Source: Candidatus Methanosuratincola verstraetei (GTDB lineage Archaea > Thermoproteota > Methanomethylicia > Methanomethylicales > Methanomethylicaceae). Taken from it: 64,000 nucleotides of DNA. The position numbers were made by a program, and so were the translations under genes. Location of the stretch: contig CP186953.1 of the NCBI GenBank assembly GCA_049570475.1, forward strand, positions 96,001-160,000. Reading direction: 5' to 3'. Of the stretch, positions 1 to 9,927 are shown one piece after another. Positions within the stretch are counted from its first letter, which is position 1, and each line of letters opens with the position of its first letter. The notes under the pieces were generated by a model. The model did no database searches and had not been told where the DNA came from. It saw nothing but the letters and a program-made list of their open reading frames with translations.

Positions 1-564
1 TCGGCGGGTATAAAGTGGCTCGGGGAGGAGAGGGCCTACCTGTCCAAGACGACGGATCCCGAGATCGACATACTCTCAGTCAGGGCTGCGGACATCCCGG
101 TCTACGTGTACTACGGGATAGCGGACCTGGGGATAACGGGGAGGGACATAGTGGCTGAGACCGGGCTCGAGGTCTACGAACTTGCCGATCTGGGCTTCGG
201 ATGCTGCGACCTCGTCGTAGCCGTCAGCAAGGACAGCGGGATAAGGAGCCCGTCGGAGATCCCGCACGGATCCAAGATCGCAACCGAATTCCCGAATGTG
301 GCAAAGGCTTACTTTGACGAGATTGGGATCCAAGTCGAGACGATCACCCTCAAAGGGGCGGTGGAGATAGCCCCGAGGCTCGGGCTCGCGATCGCCATAG
401 TGGACATCTCCAGCACCGGGGCTACCCTCGAGAAGAACAGGCTGTCTGCAATCGGGAAGGTGATGAGCTCTTCGGCTAGGCTGATCTGCAACAAGATATC
501 TTACAAGACAAAGTATGATAAGGTCGAAGCGATAACTAACAAGCTGAAGGGGTTGAGTCCTTGA
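1..564 (+). CDS. hisG: ATP phosphoribosyltransferase, short form (5'-partial; frame is open from base 1)
   Basis: RAADIPVYV..GIADLGITGRD, ATEFPN, GAVEIAP.LGLA.AIVD..STG.TL..N.L motifs; ends without the C-terminal regulatory domain; stop overlaps hisD start. Confidence 0.95.
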   Translation, partial: SAGIKWLGEERAYLSKTTDPEIDILSVRAADIPVYVYYGIADLGITGRDIVAETGLEVYELADLGFGCCDLVVAVSKDSGIRSPSEIPHGSKIATEFPNVAKAYFDEIGIQVETITLKGAVEIAPRLGLAIAIVDISSTGATLEKNRLSAIGKVMSSSARLICNKISYKTKYDKVEAITNKLKGLSP

Positions 565-1850
565 AAGTCGTCAAGTACAGCGACTATGCCTCCGAGCCAA
601 TAAGACCATCCCAGGTCCCGAAGGAGATCGCAGATTACGTCTCTGCCATAATAGCGAGGGTCAGGGATCTCGGGGATTCGGCAGTCCTGGAGTACACGGA
701 GAAGTTCGACAAGGTCAGGATAGAACCGGATCGCATCAGGATCGAATGGGGTGAGATGAGAAGGGCGTACAACGCGATCCCGGAAAGCCTGAGGGCTGCA
801 CTGAGGAATTCTGCTGAAAGGATACGCGCGTTCCAGGAGCTCCAGAAACCCCTCGAGTTCTCCGCGACGATAGTCCCAGGCGTTTCCGCAGGGATAAAGT
901 TCGATCCGATACAGTCAGTCGGGCTGTACGTGCCTGGCGGGAGCGCGGCCTACCCATCGACCGTGCTGATGACCGCGATTCCAGCAAAGGTCGCGGGCGT
1001 GGACAGGTGCGCAGTCTTCACGCCGCCCGGAAAGGGAGGGGACGTCCCCGAGGCGATCCTGGCTGCAGCCTACATTGCTGAGGTGGATGAGGTCTACAGG
1101 GTCGGGGGGGCGCAGGCGATTGCAGCTATGGCTTACGGAACCGAGAGGATAAGGAAGGTCGAGAAGATCTTCGGCCCCGGGAACATCTACGTCACCGTCG
1201 CGAAGATGCTGGTTTCATGGGACGTGGCTGTCGACATGCCGGCAGGGCCGAGCGAGTTGCTCATCTACACCGAGGGGTTTGATAAGCCCGAATGGCTTGC
1301 TTACGACATCCTCGCCCAGTGCGAGCACGACCCGAGGGCCAAGGCAGCGCTGGTCACGACAGACGCGGCTTTGGCAGAGGAGGTCGCCAGGATGGTGGAG
1401 AACCTCGTCAAGGAGTCCCCCAGGAGGGAAATACTTGAGAAGAGCACGGCCCAGGCGGTGGCGCTAGTAGTCGGGAGCCGTGAGGAGGGGGCGGATGCGA
1501 TAAACGAGATGGCTCCAGAGCACCTTGAGCTGGTAGGCGAAGGCGCCGAAGAGATCTTCAAGCTGGTCAGGAATGCGGGGGCGGTCTTCATCGGCGAGTA
1601 CACGCCTGTCCCGCTCGGCGACTACACGGCGGGCACGAACCACGTCCTGCCCACTATGGGGTGGGCCAAGAGGGCATCGCCCCTCTCGGTCAGGGATTTC
1701 CTGAGATCTAGGGAGTACTTGCGGTGCACCAGGGACGGGGTCATGCGCATAGGGGGCGACGCTGTGATGGTCGCAACAGCGGAGGGGTTGCTGAACCACG
1801 CGCGCGCAGTATCTTCCAGGATGGGGACAAATTGCAAGGGGGAGAAGTAG
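561..1850 (+). CDS. hisD: Histidinol dehydrogenase
   Basis: GLYVPGG.A.YPSTVLM, GGAQAIAA, GPGNIYV, DMPAGPSE, Q.EHD, APEHLE, GDY.AGTNHVLPT. Confidence 0.97.
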   Translation: MKVVKYSDYASEPIRPSQVPKEIADYVSAIIARVRDLGDSAVLEYTEKFDKVRIEPDRIRIEWGEMRRAYNAIPESLRAALRNSAERIRAFQELQKPLEFSATIVPGVSAGIKFDPIQSVGLYVPGGSAAYPSTVLMTAIPAKVAGVDRCAVFTPPGKGGDVPEAILAAAYIAEVDEVYRVGGAQAIAAMAYGTERIRKVEKIFGPGNIYVTVAKMLVSWDVAVDMPAGPSELLIYTEGFDKPEWLAYDILAQCEHDPRAKAALVTTDAALAEEVARMVENLVKESPRREILEKSTAQAVALVVGSREEGADAINEMAPEHLELVGEGAEEIFKLVRNAGAVFIGEYTPVPLGDYTAGTNHVLPTMGWAKRASPLSVRDFLRSREYLRCTRDGVMRIGGDAVMVATAEGLLNHARAVSSRMGTNCKGEK

Positions 1851-1868
1851 CTGGATCCTGAAGATTTC

Positions 1869-2957
1869 GTGGTCGATCGCCTGAGGGAGATCCTCGGCGA
1901 GAAGAAGGGCAAGGAGGCCTACTCCACCCTCTCTCGGGAGGGAAGGGTCAGGATGGGGCTGAACGAGAACCTGCTGGTTAACAGGTTCTTCTCTGATACC
2001 CTGATGGCGGAAGCGATCAAGAGGGTGGATGTCAGGGAATACCCCCCTCCGAAGGGATGGGTTGCCGCAAGCGCGATTGCCGAGAGCCTCGGCGTCTGGG
2101 AGGACGAGGTGCTGATAGGGAATGGATCCGATGAGATACTGGATCTGATAGCCAAGGTCTTCCTCTCATCAGAAGGGAGGGAGGCCATCGTTGTGGACCC
2201 CACATTCGAGATGTACAAGTTCTACACGTCCATCGCCGGCGGGAGGACGAGGCAGGTCCTCACGACAGGGGATTTTGACCTCAGCGCGGACAGCATACTC
2301 TCAGCCATAGGGGACTCGACAAAGGTGATTTTCATATGCTCCCCGAACAACCCGACTGGGAAGCAATTCAACAGGGACGAGGTCCTGAGGGTAGTAGAGG
2401 AGAGCGGGCGCCTGGTCGTCCTCGACGAGGCCTACGTCGATTTCGCCCCGTACTCGCTTTCAGGGGAGTGCACACAGTACGAGAACCTCCTGGTCCTGAG
2501 GACGTTCTCAAAGGCCTTCGGGATGGCAGGGCTCAGGGCAGGGTACTGCGTGGGCAATGCGAGGCTCCTCAAGTGGCTCAGGGCCGCACAGAGCCCATTC
2601 AGCGTCAATTCGGTCGCGCAGGAGATGGTCAGGCTCGTCATCGAGAACAGGAAGGTATACGAAGCGTTCATCAGGCAAGTCATCGAGGAGAGAAACTACC
2701 TGCTGGCCGAGCTTGAGATGCTCAGCGGCGTGGACGCCTACGAGTCGGATGCCAACTTCATACTCTTCAGGCTCCCGCCCGGCATAGAATCTGGCTCCGT
2801 TGTGAGGCGCCTTGGGGAAGATGGGATAGACGTGAGGGACAGGGGCGGGCTGCCGCTGCTCGAGAACTGCGTGAGGGTGACCGTCTCGACCAGGGAGAAC
2901 AACCTGAAGTTCATAGATTCTCTGAGGAAGGCGATAAGTGAGGAGGGCAAAAAATGA
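1869..2957 (+). CDS. hisC: Histidinol-phosphate aminotransferase
   Basis: NEN, GNGSDE, SPNNPTG, LDEAY, RTFSKAFGMAGLR (PLP lysine); position in his operon. Confidence 0.95.
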   Translation: MVDRLREILGEKKGKEAYSTLSREGRVRMGLNENLLVNRFFSDTLMAEAIKRVDVREYPPPKGWVAASAIAESLGVWEDEVLIGNGSDEILDLIAKVFLSSEGREAIVVDPTFEMYKFYTSIAGGRTRQVLTTGDFDLSADSILSAIGDSTKVIFICSPNNPTGKQFNRDEVLRVVEESGRLVVLDEAYVDFAPYSLSGECTQYENLLVLRTFSKAFGMAGLRAGYCVGNARLLKWLRAAQSPFSVNSVAQEMVRLVIENRKVYEAFIRQVIEERNYLLAELEMLSGVDAYESDANFILFRLPPGIESGSVVRRLGEDGIDVRDRGGLPLLENCVRVTVSTRENNLKFIDSLRKAISEEGKK

Positions 2958-3574
2958 TCCCAGGGATGGAATCTGGATCAGGGAACGGGGACTGCGCAAG
3001 GGCAAGGGAGGGATGCTGCGACAGGAAGACGCAGGAGGTCAAGATCTCCGCCAGGGTCTGCCTCGAGGGCCCAGGCGAGTTCACTGGCAGCACCGGTTCC
3101 GCATTCATCGACCACATGATAAGGACCCTAGCTAAGCACGCATCGATCAGGATAGATCTCGAGGCTTCCGGAGATCTCAAGCACCACATAATCGAGGATA
3201 CTGCGCTCGTGCTTGGTGAGGCGATCCGGTCTGCGCTCGGCGAGAAGAAGGGGATAAAGAGATTCGGGCACGCCTATGTGCCCATGGACGACTCGCTGGC
3301 GAGATCCGTGATAGACCTCGGGGGCAGGGCTTACAGCAGGATAAAGCTTAACACGAGGGGCGAGTCGATCGAGGACGCCAAGGTCGAGGACATCGTCCAT
3401 TTCCTCGAGTCCTTCGCAGCATCGCTCAAGTGCAACCTGCACATGAAGGTGCTTTACGGGAGCAATGACCACCACAAAGTGGAGGCGGCGGTCAAGGCGC
3501 TCGCGGTAGCGCTCAGGGAGGCTGTCTCGCTGACAGGCAGGGAGGATGTGCCGAGCGCCAAGGGGGCAATCTGA
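2954..3574 (+). CDS. hisB: Imidazoleglycerol-phosphate dehydratase (monofunctional)
   Basis: FIDHM, GDLKHHIIED, PMDD, NDHHKVEA..KA, PSAKG. Confidence 0.95.
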   Translation: MIPGMESGSGNGDCARAREGCCDRKTQEVKISARVCLEGPGEFTGSTGSAFIDHMIRTLAKHASIRIDLEASGDLKHHIIEDTALVLGEAIRSALGEKKGIKRFGHAYVPMDDSLARSVIDLGGRAYSRIKLNTRGESIEDAKVEDIVHFLESFAASLKCNLHMKVLYGSNDHHKVEAAVKALAVALREAVSLTGREDVPSAKGAI

Positions 3575-3578
3575 CCAG

Positions 3579-4223
3579 ATGAGGGTAGCGATCCTTGACA
3601 TGGGGCTCGGAAACCTCCTGAGCATAAGGAGGGGCATCGAGAGGGCGAGCGGAGGGATCGGCAGCGGATCCATTACAGGCCCCCATGCTGAAGTGATCAT
3701 CGCACAGCGCGACGCCGAGGCTGGATGCGCAGACGCAGTTGTCATCCCGGGGGTTGGCGCATTCAGGGATGGGGCAAATGCACTCGCGGGAAGGTTCGGA
3801 GGGGTAGTTGGGAGGATCCGCAGCGGAGAGATCCCAGCGCTCGGGATCTGCCTAGGCATGCAGCTCCTCTTCACAAGGAGCTTTGAAGGGGGCGAATACC
3901 CAGGCCTCGGGGTCATCTCAGGCGATGTGGTGAGGCTTCCGGATTCCGTCAAGGTCCCCCACATGGGCTGGAACAGCATAAGGATAGTCAGGAGCGGGGA
4001 GCTTGTGAGGGGGATCCCGGACGGCGAGCACTTCTATTTCGTCCATTCCTACTATTGCAGGCCTGGGGAGGAGGGCGTAACGGTTGCAGAGACGGAGTAC
4101 GGCGTGCATATCCCCGCGATTGTCGAGAAGGGGAGGGTCTTCGGGACGCAATTCCACCCGGAGAAGAGCGGTGAGGCCGGCCGGACAATAATAAGGAACT
4201 TCCTGGAGGCGGCGAAGCGTTGA
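3579..4223 (+). CDS. hisH: Imidazole glycerol phosphate synthase, glutaminase subunit
   Basis: PGVGAF, GICLGMQ, PHMGWN, YFVHSY, QFHPEKS; ATG 3579 chosen over ORF-track 3546. Confidence 0.95.
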   Translation: MRVAILDMGLGNLLSIRRGIERASGGIGSGSITGPHAEVIIAQRDAEAGCADAVVIPGVGAFRDGANALAGRFGGVVGRIRSGEIPALGICLGMQLLFTRSFEGGEYPGLGVISGDVVRLPDSVKVPHMGWNSIRIVRSGELVRGIPDGEHFYFVHSYYCRPGEEGVTVAETEYGVHIPAIVEKGRVFGTQFHPEKSGEAGRTIIRNFLEAAKR

Positions 4224-4933
4224 TCAGGATAATACCGGCGGTTGACGTGTCAAAGGGGAGATGCGTGAGGCTGACGAAAGGCAGGCTGGAGGAGACAAAG
4301 GTATACTTCCAGGACCCCCTACAGGCCGCGCGGAAATGGGAGTCGGAGGGCGCAGAATGGATACATGTCATCGACCTGGACGCGGCGATCGGGGTAGGGA
4401 GCAACCTTGAGCAGATAAAGCGGATAATAAAGAATGTGGGCGCAAAGGTTGAGGTTGGAGGCGGCATCAGGAGCCTGGAGGCAGCAAGGGATTACATAGC
4501 CGCTGGGGCTGGCAGGGTCATCTTCGGGACGGGGGCCCTCGATGCAAGCCTGATAAGGGCAAGCATCAAGGAGTTCGGCCCGGAGAAGGTCATGGCAGCA
4601 GTCGACCACATAGCAGGGAGGGTTGCAGTCAAGGGGTGGAAGGAGATGGTCGGGATAGACGCATTGCTGCTCTGCAGCAGGCTCGAGGAGATCGGCGTGA
4701 GGATCTTCATGATGACCGCGATCGATCGGGACGGGACGATGAAGGGGCCGAACATCGAGCACTCCCTCAAGGCAGCCTCTGAGATAAGGGGGGAGGTGTA
4801 CCTGGCAGGGGGGTTCTCGAGCCTCTACGATCTGTCGCTGATCAGGGGATCGAAGGCTGCGGGAGTCATACTCGGGAAGGCGCTGTACGAGGGCGCCTTC
4901 ACGCTGAGGGAGGCGATGGAGGCGGTAAGGTGA
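4220..4933 (+). CDS. hisA: ProFAR isomerase
   Basis: IIPAVD...G.CVRL..G, HVIDLD, EVGGGIR, DRDGT..GP, GKALYEG. Confidence 0.95.
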   Translation: MIRIIPAVDVSKGRCVRLTKGRLEETKVYFQDPLQAARKWESEGAEWIHVIDLDAAIGVGSNLEQIKRIIKNVGAKVEVGGGIRSLEAARDYIAAGAGRVIFGTGALDASLIRASIKEFGPEKVMAAVDHIAGRVAVKGWKEMVGIDALLLCSRLEEIGVRIFMMTAIDRDGTMKGPNIEHSLKAASEIRGEVYLAGGFSSLYDLSLIRGSKAAGVILGKALYEGAFTLREAMEAVR

Positions 4934-5748
4934 TGCTGACAAAGAGGATCATACCTTGCCTAGACGTCGACAAGGGCAGGGTCGTCAAAGGCATAAGGTT
5001 CGTGAACCTGAGGGACGCGGGGGACCCTGTCGAGCAGGCATTGGAGTATGAGCGGCAGGGGGCGGACGAGATCGTCTTCCTGGACATCACTGCCTCGTCT
5101 GACAACAGGGAGACGGTCATAGACATGGTAAGGAAGACCGCGTACGAGCTCTCGATCCCGTTCACCGTGGGAGGGGGGATAAGGAGCTACGCTGACGTTA
5201 GGAGGGTCCTGATGGCGGGGGCGGACAAGGTCTCCCTGAACACAGCTGCGGTCCAGAACCCAAGGCTGATCACCGAGGGGGCAGAGATCTTTGGGAGCCA
5301 GTGCATCGTGGTGGCGATAGACGCCAAGAAGTCTGGCGAGGGAAAGTGGGAGGTCTACACCCACGGCGGGCGCAAGGCGACTGGGATGGACGCTGTCGAA
5401 TGGGCAGTGAAGGCAGAGGAGATGGGGGCTGGGGAGATCCTGCTGACCAGCATGGACTACGACGGGTCCAAGGACGGCTACGATCTGGATCTGACGAGGC
5501 GGGTTTCAGAGAGCGTCAACATACCTGTGATAGCGTCGGGCGGCGCAGGGGGCCCTGCACACATATACGATGCGCTCACCGCAGGCAAGGCGGATGCAGC
5601 CCTCGCCGCTTCGATATTCCACTACGCGGAGTACACCGTCGGGGAGGTGAAGGCGTACCTCGCGGAGAGGGGCGTCCCGGTCAGGATCCCGCGCCCGACC
5701 GGCGCAGGAGTCGGGAAGGGGATCCGTGGTAATGCTGACAGCAAGTGA
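4930..5748 (+). CDS. hisF: Imidazole glycerol phosphate synthase, cyclase subunit
   Basis: [47 protein letters not shown]. Confidence 0.97.
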   Translation: MMLTKRIIPCLDVDKGRVVKGIRFVNLRDAGDPVEQALEYERQGADEIVFLDITASSDNRETVIDMVRKTAYELSIPFTVGGGIRSYADVRRVLMAGADKVSLNTAAVQNPRLITEGAEIFGSQCIVVAIDAKKSGEGKWEVYTHGGRKATGMDAVEWAVKAEEMGAGEILLTSMDYDGSKDGYDLDLTRRVSESVNIPVIASGGAGGPAHIYDALTAGKADAALAASIFHYAEYTVGEVKAYLAERGVPVRIPRPTGAGVGKGIRGNADSK

Positions 5749-5786
5749 TCCAGGAGCGAAGGACAACTCGTGAAGGTGCATGCGGA

Positions 5787-6449
5787 ATGGGCTTTGATGG
5801 AAAAGTGGAAGGAGTGAGGCTAGGCAGCGGAGAGATAGAGAGACTTGTCAAGTCCCTCAACTTTGAGAAGCTAGGGGGCATAATCCCGGCTATCGCGGTA
5901 GGCGAGGACGGGAGGGTGCTGATGCTCGCTTTCATGGATGAGGAGGCGCTGAGGAAAACGCTCAGCACGGGCATGATGCACTACTGGTCGAGATCCAGGA
6001 GGAGGCTCTGGATGAAGGGGGAAGAGTCAGGGCACTACCAGTACGTCCTAGGAGTTTACGCCGACTGCGACTCGGACTCGCTGCTATTCAAGGTCAGGCA
6101 GGTCGGGAATGCCTGCCACACTGGCGAGGGCACATGCTTCCACAAGCCGGTTGTGGAGCACCTTGCAGCATGGGAGGTCCCGGCTGAGCTCGAGAGGGTG
6201 GTCAAGGACAGGATCGCGAACCCTCGCGAAGGGTCGTACACGTCAAAGATAGCCTCCGGCGGGCTTGCGAAGGCGGCGAAGAAGGTCGGGGAGGAGGGTG
6301 TCGAGGCAGCCTTGGCAGGGGTCGCGGAGAGCAAGGAGAGGACGATCAGCGAGGCTGCGGACCTGATCTATCACCTGATCATACTCCTCCAGATGAAGGG
6401 CATAAGCCTGGAGGACGTGTACAGCGAGCTCAGGAAGAGAAGGCGATGA
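5787..6449 (+). CDS. hisIE: Bifunctional phosphoribosyl-AMP cyclohydrolase / phosphoribosyl-ATP pyrophosphatase
   Basis: WSRSR..LW.KGEESG, DCD.D, ACHTG..TCF (HisI), then SYT, KKVGEEGVE, E.ADLIYH (HisE); start uncertain (5745 or 5787). Confidence 0.95.
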   Translation: MGFDGKVEGVRLGSGEIERLVKSLNFEKLGGIIPAIAVGEDGRVLMLAFMDEEALRKTLSTGMMHYWSRSRRRLWMKGEESGHYQYVLGVYADCDSDSLLFKVRQVGNACHTGEGTCFHKPVVEHLAAWEVPAELERVVKDRIANPREGSYTSKIASGGLAKAAKKVGEEGVEAALAGVAESKERTISEAADLIYHLIILLQMKGISLEDVYSELRKRRR

Positions 6450-6538
6450 GGATCGAGGCGGGGAGGTCTGGCAGCCAAGTACACCTAGCACGGTTCCTGA
6501 AGGCCCATTGGGCGATGGGCAACAAGCACAATCCCGGA

Positions 6539-7504
6539 TCAAAGGCGGGCGGGGCCGCTGGGCTCTTGCCTGTTCTTCAATGCCTCTGCGAGCCTGAGCT
6601 GCCTGCCCTTCTCCTTCATTGCGACCACAAGGTCGTAGACATCCTCAACGCTATCGAAGCGGAGGCGGCTCACCTTCTCGAAGTTCCAGCCAGTGCACTT
6701 CACCGCCGAGACGAAGGAGGCGTACGACACGGCCTTGATCCAGCTGCCGGTCTTGTGGAAGGCGGCAAGGAAGCTCCCTGACCAGGTGTCGCCGGCCCCG
6801 GTGACGTCCACAGCCTTCTTTGTGATCGCCGCGAGCGCAGGGATCAGATCCCTTGTCCCCTCTGACCTGATCATGGTCCCGATCTCGCCGAGGGTCAGGA
6901 CCAGGGTCTTGGATTTTATGGCTCTTATTGCCTCGGACACGACCTCCACGCCTGTGAGCGCGTGGAGCTCGCGCTCGTTCAGTATGAATATGTCAGCCAT
7001 CGATGCAGACTTCAGTATCGACTTCCGGTTGGCGCTGCTGTCCATGTAGTTTATGCAAGAGTTGACCGAGATCTTCACGTCGAGGCCTGATCCCCTCAGT
7101 GCCGAGACCATCCGCTCCACCTTTGGGGGGTTCATAGGTGCAACGTGGACGAAAGCGGCGCCCCTCCGCACTGCGTTAAGGAGCGCCCGCGTAGTGATGG
7201 CCGAGGCAGGTCCCGGTTCGAATGAGTGGTAGTGCGCGTTCCAGTTGGCGTCGTATGAGATGTCGAACCTGGTGCTCCTGCCTTTGCGGCGGGCGATGAA
7301 CTCGGCTGGGAACTCCGAGAGCGCCTCCCAGAAGCTGTAGTCGCTGCCAACAGCGGTGACAAGGCAGACGTCCCTGCAGAGCGTCCTCGCCCCGTAGGCC
7401 GCGTAAAGGGCGGCCCCTCCCGGCTGGATCTTTTCCCCGTTGGAGTTCTTCACCCTGTCTATGGATGTGTGGCCAACGAAGACGATCTCTGCCAACGGGA
7501 TCAC
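6539..7504 (-). CDS. PfkB/ribokinase-family carbohydrate or nucleoside kinase
   Basis: PGGAALYAA N-terminal motif, LNERE, DVTGAGD anion-hole signature. Confidence 0.85.
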   Translation of the reverse strand: MIPLAEIVFVGHTSIDRVKNSNGEKIQPGGAALYAAYGARTLCRDVCLVTAVGSDYSFWEALSEFPAEFIARRKGRSTRFDISYDANWNAHYHSFEPGPASAITTRALLNAVRRGAAFVHVAPMNPPKVERMVSALRGSGLDVKISVNSCINYMDSSANRKSILKSASMADIFILNERELHALTGVEVVSEAIRAIKSKTLVLTLGEIGTMIRSEGTRDLIPALAAITKKAVDVTGAGDTWSGSFLAAFHKTGSWIKAVSYASFVSAVKCTGWNFEKVSRLRFDSVEDVYDLVVAMKEKGRQLRLAEALKNRQEPSGPARL

Positions 7505-7598
7505 TGGTTTTTACAGTGGCGGATCCCCTATAAAAAACCTTGAGACTCCGCCTAGAGCATAAATACATCTTTGAGAAAGCCATAAAATGGCGCCTTAA

Positions 7599-8675
7599 AT
7601 GCGGAAAAAAATGGTCACATCAATCATTGTGGCGGCAGCCATCATCGCCTGCGGCATGAGCTTCTGGGCGTACAGGCATCCGGATCAACAAAACCAGATC
7701 CACCAAAGCAACTACAGCCTTCCGATCGCTGAAAGGCGCTTCCTGATAGGCATGGCCCCCACGCCAAAGAGCATGCCCGAAACCACATTCAGCGATATCG
7801 TGGATGCATACCAAGAAGCGGCTTCACTCGGCGAGGTTGTGATGATATGGACATCAGAAACAGGCATCGGGGAGTTTGATCAGCTGAACAAGTCCAGAGT
7901 TGTGGAGGGTGCCAGGGTTTACGGGCTGAATCTGGTCATCACGCTGGACTTCGCAACAATTGCGAATGCAGGGGGCGCAGGGCTGGAGTATCTCATCGAT
8001 GCCCCGCCTGGGGTTCCTGCAGACTTGTCAGACCCCCAGTTCATCGACCTGTGGGTCGCGGAGGCAGAGGCAATCGCAAGGGAGTTCAAGCCAGAGTACC
8101 TGTCGCTTGGGAATGAGGTGAATGATTACTTCTACTCCCATCCGGACGACTTTGGAGCTTACCTGAATATGCTCGACAGGGCCTACGCAGCGATAAAGGG
8201 GGTGTCGCAGAGCACCAAGGTAATGGTTGTGCTCTCCTACAACCACATGGTAGAGAATGATCAGTTCTGGATGCTTGCCCCCCTCTCCAACAGGTCTGAC
8301 CTCATAGGGCTCACAACTTACCCTTGGAAGCAATTCAGTGCCCCGGAGGAAATCCCCGACGACTATTACCTGAGGATAATGAACTTCACGGGCCAGAAGC
8401 TTGCTTTCACCGAGATTGGATGGGCATCATCCCAGGAGTCTGGAAGTTCAGAGAAGGAGCAGGCTGAGTTCCTTGTGCAATTCTTGAGGCTGACCAAGGG
8501 GCTCGATGTCGAGATGGTTAATTGGCTATTCCTCCATGAAATCAAGATGGAAGGCACGGTTGCGTCCATAGTTGATCCAGGAACAGCATCGATATCCCTG
8601 AAAAATCCAGACGGGAGCAAGAAGGAGGTCTACTACCTCTGGCAGGACCTGAAAGGATTGCCCATTGCCAGATGA
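7599..8675 (+). CDS. Membrane-anchored/secreted clan GH-A TIM-barrel glycoside hydrolase-like protein (GH53-like)
   Basis: N-terminal hydrophobic helix; GNEVN (acid/base) and FTEIGW (nucleophile) motifs. Confidence 0.65.
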   Translation: MRKKMVTSIIVAAAIIACGMSFWAYRHPDQQNQIHQSNYSLPIAERRFLIGMAPTPKSMPETTFSDIVDAYQEAASLGEVVMIWTSETGIGEFDQLNKSRVVEGARVYGLNLVITLDFATIANAGGAGLEYLIDAPPGVPADLSDPQFIDLWVAEAEAIAREFKPEYLSLGNEVNDYFYSHPDDFGAYLNMLDRAYAAIKGVSQSTKVMVVLSYNHMVENDQFWMLAPLSNRSDLIGLTTYPWKQFSAPEEIPDDYYLRIMNFTGQKLAFTEIGWASSQESGSSEKEQAEFLVQFLRLTKGLDVEMVNWLFLHEIKMEGTVASIVDPGTASISLKNPDGSKKEVYYLWQDLKGLPIAR

Positions 8676-8738
8676 AGCAGGTTTCAAAGCGTGAATTTAT
8701 GCACGAGCCGGAGTTGGAGGCGCAGCCCCTGTTTCGAG

Positions 8739-8784
8739 ATTTATTAAATAAATTAAAATAATTAAATTAATTATCTATATATAC
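8739..8784 (+). promoter_or_regulatory. AT-only tract with two 15-bp palindromes and a TATA box upstream of the nurA operon
   Basis: ATTTATT-A-AATAAAT (8739-8753) and TAATTAA-A-TTAATTA (8759-8773), followed by TCTATATATAC. Confidence 0.45.
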
Positions 8785-8809
8785 TTGTTGAATGCTCTAT
8801 TAGCTGAGG

Positions 8810-9865
8810 TTGCGTGCTTTGCCGGGACTTCTGGACGAGATCTGCGAGGCGCTGAGGGGGCACCTGGATCTCCCGAATGCGGGGATAGTCTCGGGGTTCA
8901 ATGAAGCGCTGAAGGAGGAGGACCTTAAGGAGCTCCCCCTCCCCGGATCCGATGAGATACCGGTGATCTCTGCGGTCGACGGGGGATCCAATGCGGTGTT
9001 GATGACCCCCACCCTTGCTGTCGTCTTGAACAGGGTCTACTACAACCAGTTCCTCGGCATGAAAAAGATGGACCACTGCGAGACCGTCGAGTTCATCTCC
9101 AAGACCGAGGTCATGAAGAAGGAGGGGAAGGCGATCTTCCGGACCGAGGTGTACCCGATTTCGGGCGGGTGCCCGCTCGATCCGTTGGAGATCGACACCA
9201 GGGACCAGTCGCTGATGGTCGGGAACATGTACGGGGACATGACCAGGGCGGTCTCCATCGCCAGGAGGTTCTGCGAGTGGAAGATGGCGGAGAGGGCGGT
9301 CGAGTCCGGCGCCGAGTGTGTCCTTATCGACGGGGCGCTCCAGACCGCGTTCAAGGGCGAGACTGAGTTCGCCAACAGGCTCTACCAGAAAGCAAAGGAG
9401 CGGGGCGCGGTCATCGCAGGCCTCTCGAAGAGCACGATCATTTACCTTGAGAGCGGGTACCCAGTCGCGGGGACTGTTGATTTCATGGCGAGGAGAAAGG
9501 GGTACGAGAGATGGATAATCAGGCTCGGGATGTCAGAGGAGTGGGCCCACCACGCGACAGTCTACTACGCTAGGCTCCACGAGGCGGCGGACAGGGGATA
9601 CAGGCTTGACGTCTTTGAAGGCGCGACAGGCGGGCAGCTGGATTCCCTCCTCAGGGGGCTCTTGGCTTGTTCCTCGTACATGTGGTACCCCGGGTACCCG
9701 TACCCGCTGATCGACGCGCACACATACGCGAAAGTGGGGAACCATGAGGTTGAGAGCCTCAAGGGTCAGATCCTGGACAGGCTGAGCCCTGAGGAGGCGG
9801 AGAGGCTCGAGCTGATGGAGAGGGCGAGTGCCCCCCACGAGGTGCTGGACTCCCTTGGGGGTTGA
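8810..9865 (+). CDS. nurA: NurA 5'-3' nuclease
   Basis: AVDGG, LIDGAL, GLSKS, GYPYPLIDAH motifs; adjacent to herA/mre11/rad50; TTG start at 8810 or 8819. Confidence 0.88.
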   Translation: MRALPGLLDEICEALRGHLDLPNAGIVSGFNEALKEEDLKELPLPGSDEIPVISAVDGGSNAVLMTPTLAVVLNRVYYNQFLGMKKMDHCETVEFISKTEVMKKEGKAIFRTEVYPISGGCPLDPLEIDTRDQSLMVGNMYGDMTRAVSIARRFCEWKMAERAVESGAECVLIDGALQTAFKGETEFANRLYQKAKERGAVIAGLSKSTIIYLESGYPVAGTVDFMARRKGYERWIIRLGMSEEWAHHATVYYARLHEAADRGYRLDVFEGATGGQLDSLLRGLLACSSYMWYPGYPYPLIDAHTYAKVGNHEVESLKGQILDRLSPEEAERLELMERASAPHEVLDSLGG

Positions 9866-9927
9866 CTCGCCAGTGGAGGATCAGGGTAAAGAAAGAGCAT
9901 CAGGAAGGTCAAAAAGGGCGTGGAGAT

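Noticed and set aside
8700-8800. AT-rich tract as a replication origin unwinding element
   Set aside because: No ORB-like repeats and no cdc6/orc1 gene adjacent
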